A stretch of 64,000 nt of DNA from Candidatus Acidiferrales bacterium (GTDB lineage Bacteria > Acidobacteriota > Terriglobia > Acidiferrales > UBA7541). The notes under the pieces are model-generated. The model was not told the DNA's origin. It saw only the letters and a program-made list of their open reading frames with translations, and made no database searches. This document shows positions 39,930-47,785 of the stretch, one piece after another. The stretch covers positions 13,044 through 77,043 of the forward strand of contig JBAQJS010000145.1 in the NCBI GenBank assembly GCA_049300435.1, read 5' to 3'. Both the position numbers and the translations under genes were made by a program. Every line of letters starts with the position of its first letter. The stretch's first letter is position 1.

Positions 39930-40229
39930 TTATACGTCGCCGAATAAATATCCGTGTTCGTATCCGCATGCGCCGCCGGCACAACCGCCGCAAAAAACGG
40001 CACCGCCGCTGCACTCCACAGTGTCTTCCGCAGAGTACGTCTCCTGAAGGTTGGATTCCCAGATTAGGCCGAAGGCGGGGGAAGAGCCCCGAGCGTGTCC
40101 CGGGCTGGAGCGCGGTACATTATTCCATCTCGCCCACACGTCAAATTGAATTTCCGCCAACCTGGCGCGAAAAGCCTCGCGCGTGAAACGGTACGTGGCA
40201 CATAAATATCGAGACAAAAGATCTCTCAA
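39930..40229 (-). CDS. Possible 99-aa ORF with Cys/Gly-rich C-terminus, last gene of the DUF262 operon
   Basis: TTG start overlaps the upstream stop (TTGA at 40226-40229). The N-terminal half RDLLSRYLCATYRFTREAFRARLAEIQFDVWARW looks protein-like. The C-terminus is ECSGGAVFCGGCAGGACGYEHGYLFGDV. A competing plus-strand ORF is Arg-rich. Confidence 0.3.
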   Translation of the reverse strand: MRDLLSRYLCATYRFTREAFRARLAEIQFDVWARWNNVPRSSPGHARGSSPAFGLIWESNLQETYSAEDTVECSGGAVFCGGCAGGACGYEHGYLFGDV

Positions 40230-41164
40230 TTGGTAACGATTCGAAGGTGATCGCCGACGTAGCCGACGAGAATGCGTTTCGTCTGGGCGTGCTCTAGAAA
40301 GTGAATTCGGGTGTCGTTTCGTTTCAGATGGAACTCGAAAATCCTAAATTCGCCGTCCGGGCAGAGAAACGTCCGTTCACCGCCGAATCTCTGCAATGTT
40401 GACTGGCTCTCACCGGACGCCCGCGATAGTGCATTGATATCGAAATTATCGGTAACCCAATTACCACAATATCGCTGCAAATCTGAAAAGCCCCGCAACA
40501 CCAGCTGAAAGCGCCGTTGATTACCCCCTAAGATTCGTATCTGCGACTCGACCGATGCGCAAAAGTCCAAGTTCGGAAACAATTCCACCCGGCGATCCCA
40601 CAAATCGTGCCCATCCACTGGCGGCGCTGTCTCTGTGGTTTGAAGCCATGTAAGGTTTGCATCCAAGTGCGCCGAAGTGGAAGCGTGCGGGACTCGATCC
40701 TCGGCGGTATGCACGTTTTCCCCTTCTATCCAAGTCTTCTCAAAGCGAAGTGACGGTGTGTCCCACTCGTGTTCCGAGGGAAGACTCACAGCAAGTCCGC
40801 CTTCGCTGTGCGCGACGCGTACGCCGTTGGCAACGCGTCCTCCGTATGCGCACTCCATTTCCAAATCTGTGCTGTTCCGGACTTGTACGAAGTGGTCGAA
40901 ATCTACGCGTCTGTCGATCAGTAATTTCGTCGCAATACCTCTGTCCCGCTCATTCCAGCGTTCCGTTGACAGCCACCTCCCGATCGAAAATCCAATGCTG
41001 ACTTGCATGCTAAGAAATTCGCGAGGGGTGACCAGTAGTCTGCGACCTCGAATTCGTCGATCGAGAAGCACGTCGGAAAATTGCCGTAAGTACTGTGCTC
41101 CAAGCGGTGGGTCCGCGATAGCCGCAGGTATTGAGAGTTCGTTGAAAACAAGGATCGCAGTCAT
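40226..41164 (-). CDS. Hypothetical 312-aa protein, third gene of DUF262/ATPase operon (no recognised domain)
   Basis: ATG 41164 lies 1 nt after the ATPase stop (TAG 41166-41168). The C-terminal motif is FLCPDGEFRIFEFHLKRNDTRIHFLEHAQTKRILVGYVGDHL. Composition is balanced throughout. Confidence 0.7.
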   Translation of the reverse strand: MTAILVFNELSIPAAIADPPLGAQYLRQFSDVLLDRRIRGRRLLVTPREFLSMQVSIGFSIGRWLSTERWNERDRGIATKLLIDRRVDFDHFVQVRNSTDLEMECAYGGRVANGVRVAHSEGGLAVSLPSEHEWDTPSLRFEKTWIEGENVHTAEDRVPHASTSAHLDANLTWLQTTETAPPVDGHDLWDRRVELFPNLDFCASVESQIRILGGNQRRFQLVLRGFSDLQRYCGNWVTDNFDINALSRASGESQSTLQRFGGERTFLCPDGEFRIFEFHLKRNDTRIHFLEHAQTKRILVGYVGDHLRIVTN

Positions 41165-41165
41165 T

Positions 41166-42281
41166 CTAGTTTCCGTCGAGAAGGCTGTCGAGTGAACGCT
41201 CGGTTTCGTCAAAGAATCCTTCGGGCCAATCGGAAAGGCGTCCACGATTATCAACAGTGACCGGAGTTAGAGTGGGCGAAGTACCACCCGTCTCCCACTT
41301 ACTGTAGTAGATGGAGATTATAGAGGGATCAGGAACCGCTCCCGAGTGCACGGCGATTCGAATTCCGTTCAAAACGTGCTCACTATGTGTTTCGACAATG
41401 ACCTGGACACCCGCCGAAGCCGCGCGAGCGATCAGCTCGCCGATCTTCACCTGGCCACGCGGATGCAAATGAGCTTCTGGGTTTTCGACGATTACAAGTC
41501 CGCCCACCCTTGCGGACAATAAAGCCACGACCACCGGTAGAGCATACGTGATGCCGAAACCGACGTTTGTCGGACGGTATTCAGTACTTGCGACTTGGCC
41601 ACCCAACATGTACGAGACGCCGAATGTGATTAGATCGATGTCGGAGTATAGCGTTACGTTCAGCCGAACCCCGGGACTAATCTCCGCCATCCAGGCTTCG
41701 ACCTGAGATTTGAGGGCATTCGACAACGCTAACGAGTGCCGAAGCCCGAAGTGCTCCATCGCCTCACCACCGTACACCGACAAAAAATGCGTTGCATACT
41801 CTCCACTTATTCCAATTCTTCGGTGTCTTCGGACCTCAAAGTCGGATAGGCCGAAGGAAGTGCGCGGCCCGAGACGTTCTGCACGAAGATACTGAAAATT
41901 GTCCGTGAACAGATTCATGCTCCAAACATCGCCGACGGGTCGAATGTAACTGAGGTCCAACACATCGCTATTTTCCTGGTATGAGAACGTCAGAGACAGG
42001 TCCATCACGGCGTCCTCGACCAACCTCAATCTGACCTGATCTGCGTCCGCCTCCTCGTGTAACACGTCTTTAGCTGTGCCCAGCTGGGCCAAGGGGCCGT
42101 TAATCGCCAATCCGATGTCGGGAAGCATGTTTTCTACGTAGGACTGCCTAAGCAGAAGCAGAGATTGAATAATCGTTGATTTTCCCGAGCTGTTTAGTCC
42201 TGTAAGAAGAGTCAGCTGACCAAACTTAATTGTTTGGGATCTGAAACATTTGAAATTGGTTAAATGGATCTCTCTGATCAC
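41166..42281 (-). CDS. ABC/AAA_15-21-type ATPase with DUF3696-like C-terminus
   Basis: IHLTNFKCF...LLTGLNSSGKSTIIQ (Walker A), GGLVIVENPEAHLHP (Walker B/D-loop), VIVETHSEHVLNG (H-loop) and C-terminal GRLSDWPEGFFDE. The GTG start overlaps the DUF262 stop (GTGA). Confidence 0.85.
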   Translation of the reverse strand: MIREIHLTNFKCFRSQTIKFGQLTLLTGLNSSGKSTIIQSLLLLRQSYVENMLPDIGLAINGPLAQLGTAKDVLHEEADADQVRLRLVEDAVMDLSLTFSYQENSDVLDLSYIRPVGDVWSMNLFTDNFQYLRAERLGPRTSFGLSDFEVRRHRRIGISGEYATHFLSVYGGEAMEHFGLRHSLALSNALKSQVEAWMAEISPGVRLNVTLYSDIDLITFGVSYMLGGQVASTEYRPTNVGFGITYALPVVVALLSARVGGLVIVENPEAHLHPRGQVKIGELIARAASAGVQVIVETHSEHVLNGIRIAVHSGAVPDPSIISIYYSKWETGGTSPTLTPVTVDNRGRLSDWPEGFFDETERSLDSLLDGN

Positions 42282-43807
42282 GCGAGAGTCTCCTTAATAA
42301 TTCCCTCAACTTTTAAGAACCGAAGAAGAACCTTTCGGGGATCGCCAGTACCGAAAGATATCGCCGCATCAAAATCCGTGTCTTCCAATAAACTAACGAA
42401 TCGGTCGTTCAACTCGAGTTTTTTGCCGTCCAAAACCTCAATGTCAGCGGGATATAACTGCTCGATGTTAGTCGCCCACACTTCGAACAGTGCTCGGTTG
42501 ATGGGATAGCGCCTCGAATTGTTGCGGCTTTGCTTTCTGAACGCTTTCTTTCCAAACAAACGTCGGCAATCCACCATCGCTCGGGTGAATCTGGTTCTAA
42601 GCTGCTCGATTTCCTCCGGGGAGTATCCGTTTAGATCAAGCATGCATTGATTCAAAAAGCTGTCCAAGTTCGGAGACCTATACTGCCGGTAATTGGTTCG
42701 CATAAATGCGACGGCCCGAAGAACGCACTCTCGATCGCCCATGCGGTCGTCACGAATCCCCAAGTTTGTCGCGATTCTGAAAGCCGAGCCCGTAGCTAGG
42801 TCCTTCAGCATTCGGGTGGCTTCTCCCTGATACAATGCGTGTCGAATCTCTTGTGCCGACAGGGGAAGACCGCCCGTATTAATTCTTTTGAAAATATTGA
42901 ATTTGACCTCCGGCGGTGTGTTTTCTTGGATGAGAAAAACAGTCACCTGCGTTTCCAAAATCCGTCTCTGCAAACCGCGCGCTAATTGGTCGAAAGTGGC
43001 TCCATTGCAATTGCTGAGAAACTCTAGGCCCGTTAGCTGGAGAGTCTTGTCGAGAACAAAACTCTTGAGGGTGGAAAGCCGTTGAAGGCCGTCCACAACC
43101 AGCCATTTGTTTTCGTCGCTTCCGTCCATATAAAAGGCAGGAAGAGGGATGCGAATCAACAACGATTCAATTAGCTGGCTTCTGGCTTGCCTGTTCCAAA
43201 TCCCAGCTTTCCGTTGAAAGTCGGGTGCTAGATCTATTTCATTGTTCTTAATCCGATCCAACAGAAGTTGGATTACCATCGGCTTTGTTTCAACTCTTAT
43301 GCGCCCTGGATCGAATGGCTCAGTAATCTCAAAGGTATCTTCTCCGTCATCGCCCGTCTCGTCTTCAAGGCCGGTGCTCTCCACCTCATCGGAGGCCGGC
43401 ATGTCGAGTCGTTTCTCGCCCTTTTCACCGATGTCTTTCCAACCGCGAGCACTGGCCTCGTTCCCAGGGTCAATCGATGGCTTCAAAGGCTCGATGCTAT
43501 CCGCGGCGCCCGAAGCCGCTTGAGCCACACTAATCATGCCCATCGTCCACTTGAACCGCGACTGCAGCCCACGCCTCCCTTCGATGAACCGCCCGCAATT
43601 CTGTTGTTCCAGGTCCCTAAAGAGCCCGATGATCTCAGAGCGTCTGAAATCAGACCCTTCTTTCCGCAAGAGGTAGCGGATGCGGGAAACCGGTGTCACC
43701 GTTTGCTCGCGCTCACGCCGTGCGATGTGGTCAAAGAACGCCTTCGCAACGGCACTGCCGACGTAGAGCGATCTCAAGCCATCAACGGTGGCTGGTTTGC
43801 CATCCAT
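42278..43807 (-). CDS. DUF262 (ParB/Srx-like, GmrSD N-terminal-type) protein with N-terminal extra domain, no DUF1524/HNH half
   Basis: IDLAPDFQRKAGIWNRQARSQLIESLLIRIPLPAFYM and WLVVDGLQRLSTL (DGQQR-type motif). An N-terminal ~110-aa basic domain plus acidic linker precede it. Confidence 0.85.
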   Translation of the reverse strand: MDGKPATVDGLRSLYVGSAVAKAFFDHIARREREQTVTPVSRIRYLLRKEGSDFRRSEIIGLFRDLEQQNCGRFIEGRRGLQSRFKWTMGMISVAQAASGAADSIEPLKPSIDPGNEASARGWKDIGEKGEKRLDMPASDEVESTGLEDETGDDGEDTFEITEPFDPGRIRVETKPMVIQLLLDRIKNNEIDLAPDFQRKAGIWNRQARSQLIESLLIRIPLPAFYMDGSDENKWLVVDGLQRLSTLKSFVLDKTLQLTGLEFLSNCNGATFDQLARGLQRRILETQVTVFLIQENTPPEVKFNIFKRINTGGLPLSAQEIRHALYQGEATRMLKDLATGSAFRIATNLGIRDDRMGDRECVLRAVAFMRTNYRQYRSPNLDSFLNQCMLDLNGYSPEEIEQLRTRFTRAMVDCRRLFGKKAFRKQSRNNSRRYPINRALFEVWATNIEQLYPADIEVLDGKKLELNDRFVSLLEDTDFDAAISFGTGDPRKVLLRFLKVEGIIKETLA

Positions 43808-44463
43808 GCCGCGGCCCCCTTTTGTGTCGTAAAACCCTGGCGGATATTACCACGAAGGTTCGCCCGCCACGCCGCAGCGAATCGCTCGTACATGGCCGTC
43901 ATCCAGAGGATCGAAGCGACGAAGGATCTCTCCGCACATTGCTGCGTTTATGTTGTGTGTGTACCTTTGAGTTCATATTGACTGCGTATTATCATGCATC
44001 GCTGTGTGTGCTTGGCGACGAGCGCGCAGGGGGGCGACGAGGACAATGTGAGGTTCAGACGGGTGGCTTTGCTATTCGAAATTTACGGCATAGTGTCCGC
44101 CGCATCTGATAATCAAATCGATGTGATATCACAACATTGCGGTTGAACACTATCGAAGGTTATCGCAGTGATAAGCAATTAGTTTGTTGATGGCATATTC
44201 ATTGCCTAACGTCGCTTCGCGGCTGGAAATCAGTCTCTATTCCGAAATCGGCCCAGCGGGACGGGGACTCATAGACGGAGTCTTTCAGAGAAATTTGCAA
44301 ACTGTACGCTACCGATTGTTGCCAACTGTTGCCAGAATAGGGCAATATGAGGGTGCCCAGAGAACCTCAGAGGGTTTCTAAGGGCCATTGGAAGAATCAG
44401 CAAGTGGCAATAAACGCCGGACTTTAGCGGTTTTTCTTCGGTTTTCTTCAAAGGGCGAGCTAC

Positions 44464-44482
44464 AACCCCGTCGGCTCCACCA
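44464..44482 (+). repeat. attR core (duplicated tRNA-Ala 3' end)
   Basis: AACCCCGTCGGCTCCACCA, identical to 26095-26113, with no tRNA body upstream. Confidence 0.8.
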
Positions 44483-44524
44483 AATCTCGTCGGGCCGCCC
44501 TCCGGTCGGTTCCTAACAGAGTCC

Positions 44525-44713
44525 ATGTCCAACAAAGTTACGCTTGGAAAGCCACAAGCTGCGCGCCCGCTTGGGATGGACTGGGGCTCGGTCAGAATTG
44601 CGAACGACTTTAATGCGCCTTTGCCGGCGGAGATTTTGGAGCATTTCATCGGATCTTTAAGAGAGTCAAAACGCAAATCGGCCCGAAAAAAACCCGGATC
44701 AAGACGCCGATGA
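44525..44713 (+). CDS. Possible orphan VapB-like antitoxin fragment
   Basis: GMDWGSVRIANDFNAPLPAEILEHF resembles the G-x-I-x-I-x-DDFDAPLP C-terminal motif of some PIN-toxin antitoxins. No toxin gene follows. Confidence 0.3.
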   Translation: MSNKVTLGKPQAARPLGMDWGSVRIANDFNAPLPAEILEHFIGSLRESKRKSARKKPGSRRR

Positions 44714-44793
44714 ACGGATGAACTGAACAGAGTGCAAAATTGCGTTGTTCGTGATTTCGGAATCCCGCGTGTGAATTACTCGGCAAAGGATCT

Positions 44794-44870
44794 AACACAG
44801 AGTTCACGGAGAAACCGGCACCGAGGACACAGAGAAAGGCTCTCGCGCAGAGTTCGCAGAGAGAGCGCGT
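44794..44870. repeat. Dispersed short repeat AACACAGAGTTCAC(T/G)GAG..., copy 2 with internal reiteration
   Basis: AACACAGAGTTCACGGAGAAACCGGCACCGAGGACACAGAGAAAGGCTCTCGCGCAGAGTTCGCAGAGAGAGCGCG. Confidence 0.5.
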
Positions 44871-44910
44871 TGTGAGCGCCTCTTGGCGGCGCGAGCGCCC
44901 GGCAGCTTAC

Positions 44911-45543
44911 TTAGCGGCCACCTTTAAACCAGCTGTAGCCCACCGTGAAGAGGAACGTGCCGTTGTAGCCGGGGTTGTGGTTGCCCAGGCTGGCGTTGGA
45001 CATGTGGCCGAAGGAGCCTTCCAGAAACAGGGCGCGTCGCGGATTGACGAAAATATGGGTGCCGACGATAAATTGCGGCGTGAAATTGACCTGCGAAGTG
45101 TCGCCGGGAGGGACGTTGCTGGTGGTGAAGACCACGCCTCCGGCGGCGGCGAGATAGGGCGAGACTTTCTGCCATCTGGTGAAATTCCATTGCCAGATGG
45201 CCGGCTTGATGCTGCCGCCGTAAACGCCGCCAGCGGGCGGCAGGACGGCGTAGAGCGGCAGGATGTCCACGGCCCATTCAAAATTGCCGCGCATGATGCC
45301 GTGCAAATGATTGCCGGTGAGGATCCAGCCGACGCGTGCGCCGGCGTAAGCGAACTGGGTGTTATCGGATTTGCCGAAGCCGAGGCCCCCGCCGCCGAGG
45401 AAGCCCAGTTCCCAGGCGTGCCGGGTTAAGGACTGCGCGGCCCAATCCTGCGCGACCGGGGCGGAAGGCGCGGTGGGCGCATCCTGCGCGGCGGCGACTG
45501 TGGCAAGCAGCAACGTGCACATCATGGCGGCGATCCATTTCAT
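44911..45543 (-). CDS. PagL-like acyloxyacyl hydrolase / lipid A deacylase outer-membrane beta-barrel (paralog of 11666-12397)
   Basis: Signal peptide MKWIAAMMCTLLLATVAAAQ, HMSNA His/Ser motif and aromatic C-terminus FTVGYSWFKGGR. Confidence 0.6.
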   Translation of the reverse strand: MKWIAAMMCTLLLATVAAAQDAPTAPSAPVAQDWAAQSLTRHAWELGFLGGGGLGFGKSDNTQFAYAGARVGWILTGNHLHGIMRGNFEWAVDILPLYAVLPPAGGVYGGSIKPAIWQWNFTRWQKVSPYLAAAGGVVFTTSNVPPGDTSQVNFTPQFIVGTHIFVNPRRALFLEGSFGHMSNASLGNHNPGYNGTFLFTVGYSWFKGGR

Positions 45544-45852
45544 TTTTCGTGTCCCTGCCCAGTGAAAGCTAAGTGACCCAGCAAATCGTAGTCCGCGCGA
45601 TTGGGCGTGCATTCTGACGTTCCTTCCTCATCGCGCGCCGGCAAAGAAACCGCCGCGCCCGCCTAAAGGCGTCCGATGCAAAGGCGAACCCGAACGAACC
45701 GCGCGCGCCCTTGGTCTGCGCCGCGAATTGGTGAGCCTACGGTGGGGATGGCCGCCGGGTCAAGCGCAAATCGCGGCGGAACGTTTCCGCCGCTATGCGG
45801 CGCAATAATCCACGTGGAACCGCGCGGGAGATGAGCCTAGAATGCACGGGCC

Positions 45853-47250
45853 ATGGCGAAAATCACGTTTCTGGGCGCGGCGGGAACGGTCACCGGCTCG
45901 AAATATCTGCTGGAAGCGGGCGGCAAGCGGCTGCTGGTGGATTGCGGCCTGTTCGAGGGCGCGAAAGAACTGCGGCAACGGAATTGGAATCCGCTGACGG
46001 TGGAAGCGGCGACGATTGATTGGGTACTGCTGACGCACGCGCACATTGATCATACCGGGTATTTGCCGCGGCTGGTGGCGGCGGGATTCGGCGGGCCGAT
46101 TTATGCGAACGCGGCGACGCGCGAATTGTGCGAACTGCTGCTGCCGGATTCCGCACACCTGCAGGAGGAGGACGCGCAATTCGCGGCGCGCAAGAAATAC
46201 AGCAGCCACAAGACGCCTTTGCCGCTGTACACCGTCGCGCAGGCGCAGCAGGCGCTGGCGGCGTTCCGGGAAATTCCGCGCGCGGACGCTTTCAGCATCA
46301 GCCCGGAATTTTCGGTGCGGCCGCACGACGCCGGGCACATCCTGGGGTCTTCGTGGCTGGAATTGACGATCACGGAAAACGGCAAGAAGACGCTGGTGGT
46401 TTTCTCCGGCGACGTGGGGCGCTACGATCAGCCGATCCTGAAGGATCCCGAGCCTCCTGCGCGCGGGGATTTTCTGCTGTGCGAATCCACCTACGGCGAT
46501 CGCGAGCACGGCACGGCTTCGGTGCCGGATGAGCTGGCGGCGGTGATCAACCGGGTGGCCAAGCGCGGCGGGACGGTGGTGATTCCCGCCTTCGCGGTGG
46601 GGCGGACGCAGACGCTGATGTATTACCTGCGCGAGCTGGAGGACGCGCAGCGCATTCCCAAGCTGCCGGTGTACGTGGACAGCCCGATGGCCATCAGCGT
46701 GACGGATATCTACGCGCGGCATCACGAGGATCACGATCTGGATTTCACGCGCGACGAACAGCAAGGACAGCGCGACCCGCTGAACTTGCGCGAAGTACAC
46801 ATGACGCGGGCGGTGGAGGACTCCAAGAAGATCAACGACGTGACTTCCCCATGCATCATTATTTCCGCCAGCGGCATGGCCACCGGCGGGCGCGTGCTGC
46901 ATCACCTGGCGAAGAGGCTGCCGGATTCGCGCAGCGCGGTGCTGCTGGTGGGTTACCAGGCGGAGGCAACGCTGGGCCGGCTGCTGCAGGACGGCGCGCA
47001 GTACGTGCGCATTCACGGACAGGAAGTGCCGGTGCGCGCCGAGGTCGTGACGCTGGACCAGCTTTCCGCGCACGCCGGACGAAGCGAACTGCTGCGCTGG
47101 CTTTCGGGATTTACCGTCCCGCCGCGGCAGACGTTTCTAGTGCACGGCGAGCCGAGCGGCCTGGAGGGATTGCGCGCCGGAATCGCGAGTCGCTTTCACT
47201 GGCCGGTGGTGGTGCCGGAGTATCTGGAGAAGTTCGATCTGAACGCCTAG
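45853..47250 (+). CDS. MBL-fold metallo-hydrolase with beta-CASP / RNA-specificity domain
   Basis: VDCG...LLTHAHIDHTGYLP (HxHxDH), beta-CASP region and C-terminal FLVHGEP motif. Confidence 0.85.
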   Translation: MAKITFLGAAGTVTGSKYLLEAGGKRLLVDCGLFEGAKELRQRNWNPLTVEAATIDWVLLTHAHIDHTGYLPRLVAAGFGGPIYANAATRELCELLLPDSAHLQEEDAQFAARKKYSSHKTPLPLYTVAQAQQALAAFREIPRADAFSISPEFSVRPHDAGHILGSSWLELTITENGKKTLVVFSGDVGRYDQPILKDPEPPARGDFLLCESTYGDREHGTASVPDELAAVINRVAKRGGTVVIPAFAVGRTQTLMYYLRELEDAQRIPKLPVYVDSPMAISVTDIYARHHEDHDLDFTRDEQQGQRDPLNLREVHMTRAVEDSKKINDVTSPCIIISASGMATGGRVLHHLAKRLPDSRSAVLLVGYQAEATLGRLLQDGAQYVRIHGQEVPVRAEVVTLDQLSAHAGRSELLRWLSGFTVPPRQTFLVHGEPSGLEGLRAGIASRFHWPVVVPEYLEKFDLNA

Positions 47251-47278
47251 CCGCGGACTGCGGAATTGCGGCGGCGGA

Positions 47279-47671
47279 TCAGCCGGCGACGGTTTGCGGC
47301 GTGAACGCGGGGACTTCAACCAGGCTGCATCCGAGGACGAACAAGGGATGCGGGGCGACGCGGCCCCAGCGAGTTAGTTCGAATTTTGCGCGCAGGAAAC
47401 GAATTTCCGGCTTGAGCGAAAGATCCAGAACCTGGCGCGTCTCGCCGCGATAGAAGCGCTGAGGCATCTTCAGCAGCGGCATTTTTCCCCAGTCCTGCCC
47501 GTCGGCGGAGCCCCAGATGGAAATGTCCACGGATTCCTGTTCGAGCTGCGCGGTGATCTCCAGAAAGCAGAGGAACGTGCGGGTGTGGCTGGAGGCGATT
47601 TCTACGGCTTGGCCTTCCCCGCTGGCGGTGAGGCGGGTGCCTGCGGGAATCAGCGCGAATTCCGCGGCCAT
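47279..47671 (-). CDS. Hypothetical protein
   Basis: 130-aa ORF with balanced composition (DISIWGSADGQDWGKMPLLKMPQRFYRGETRQVLDL). No motif recognised. Confidence 0.45.
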   Translation of the reverse strand: MAAEFALIPAGTRLTASGEGQAVEIASSHTRTFLCFLEITAQLEQESVDISIWGSADGQDWGKMPLLKMPQRFYRGETRQVLDLSLKPEIRFLRAKFELTRWGRVAPHPLFVLGCSLVEVPAFTPQTVAG

Positions 47672-47785
47672 CGGCGTTCTCCTGGGCGGCTGCGCGATTC
47701 TAGCACAGGTCCTGGGGAGTAATTTCGCGAACGCGGCGGGAACGGATCCGGCGGCGACGATCCGGGCTGGCGCGCAAAATTCGGA

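Larger units (their letters stand above)
26095..44482. mobile_element. tRNA-Ala-integrated genomic (defence) island, about 18.4 kb
   Basis: Perfect 19-bp direct repeat AACCCCGTCGGCTCCACCA at 26095-26113 (tRNA 3' end) and 44464-44482. Integrase gene immediately inside the left end. AT-richer by eye. Cargo is TA modules, defence genes and gene fragments. Confidence 0.8.

Noticed and set aside
39887-40186. Plus-strand ORF encoding an extremely Arg-rich peptide (RRRINIRVRIRMRRRHNRRKKRHRR).
   Set aside because: The composition is implausible for a real protein. It is most likely the shadow of the minus-strand ORF 39930..40229 or non-coding.
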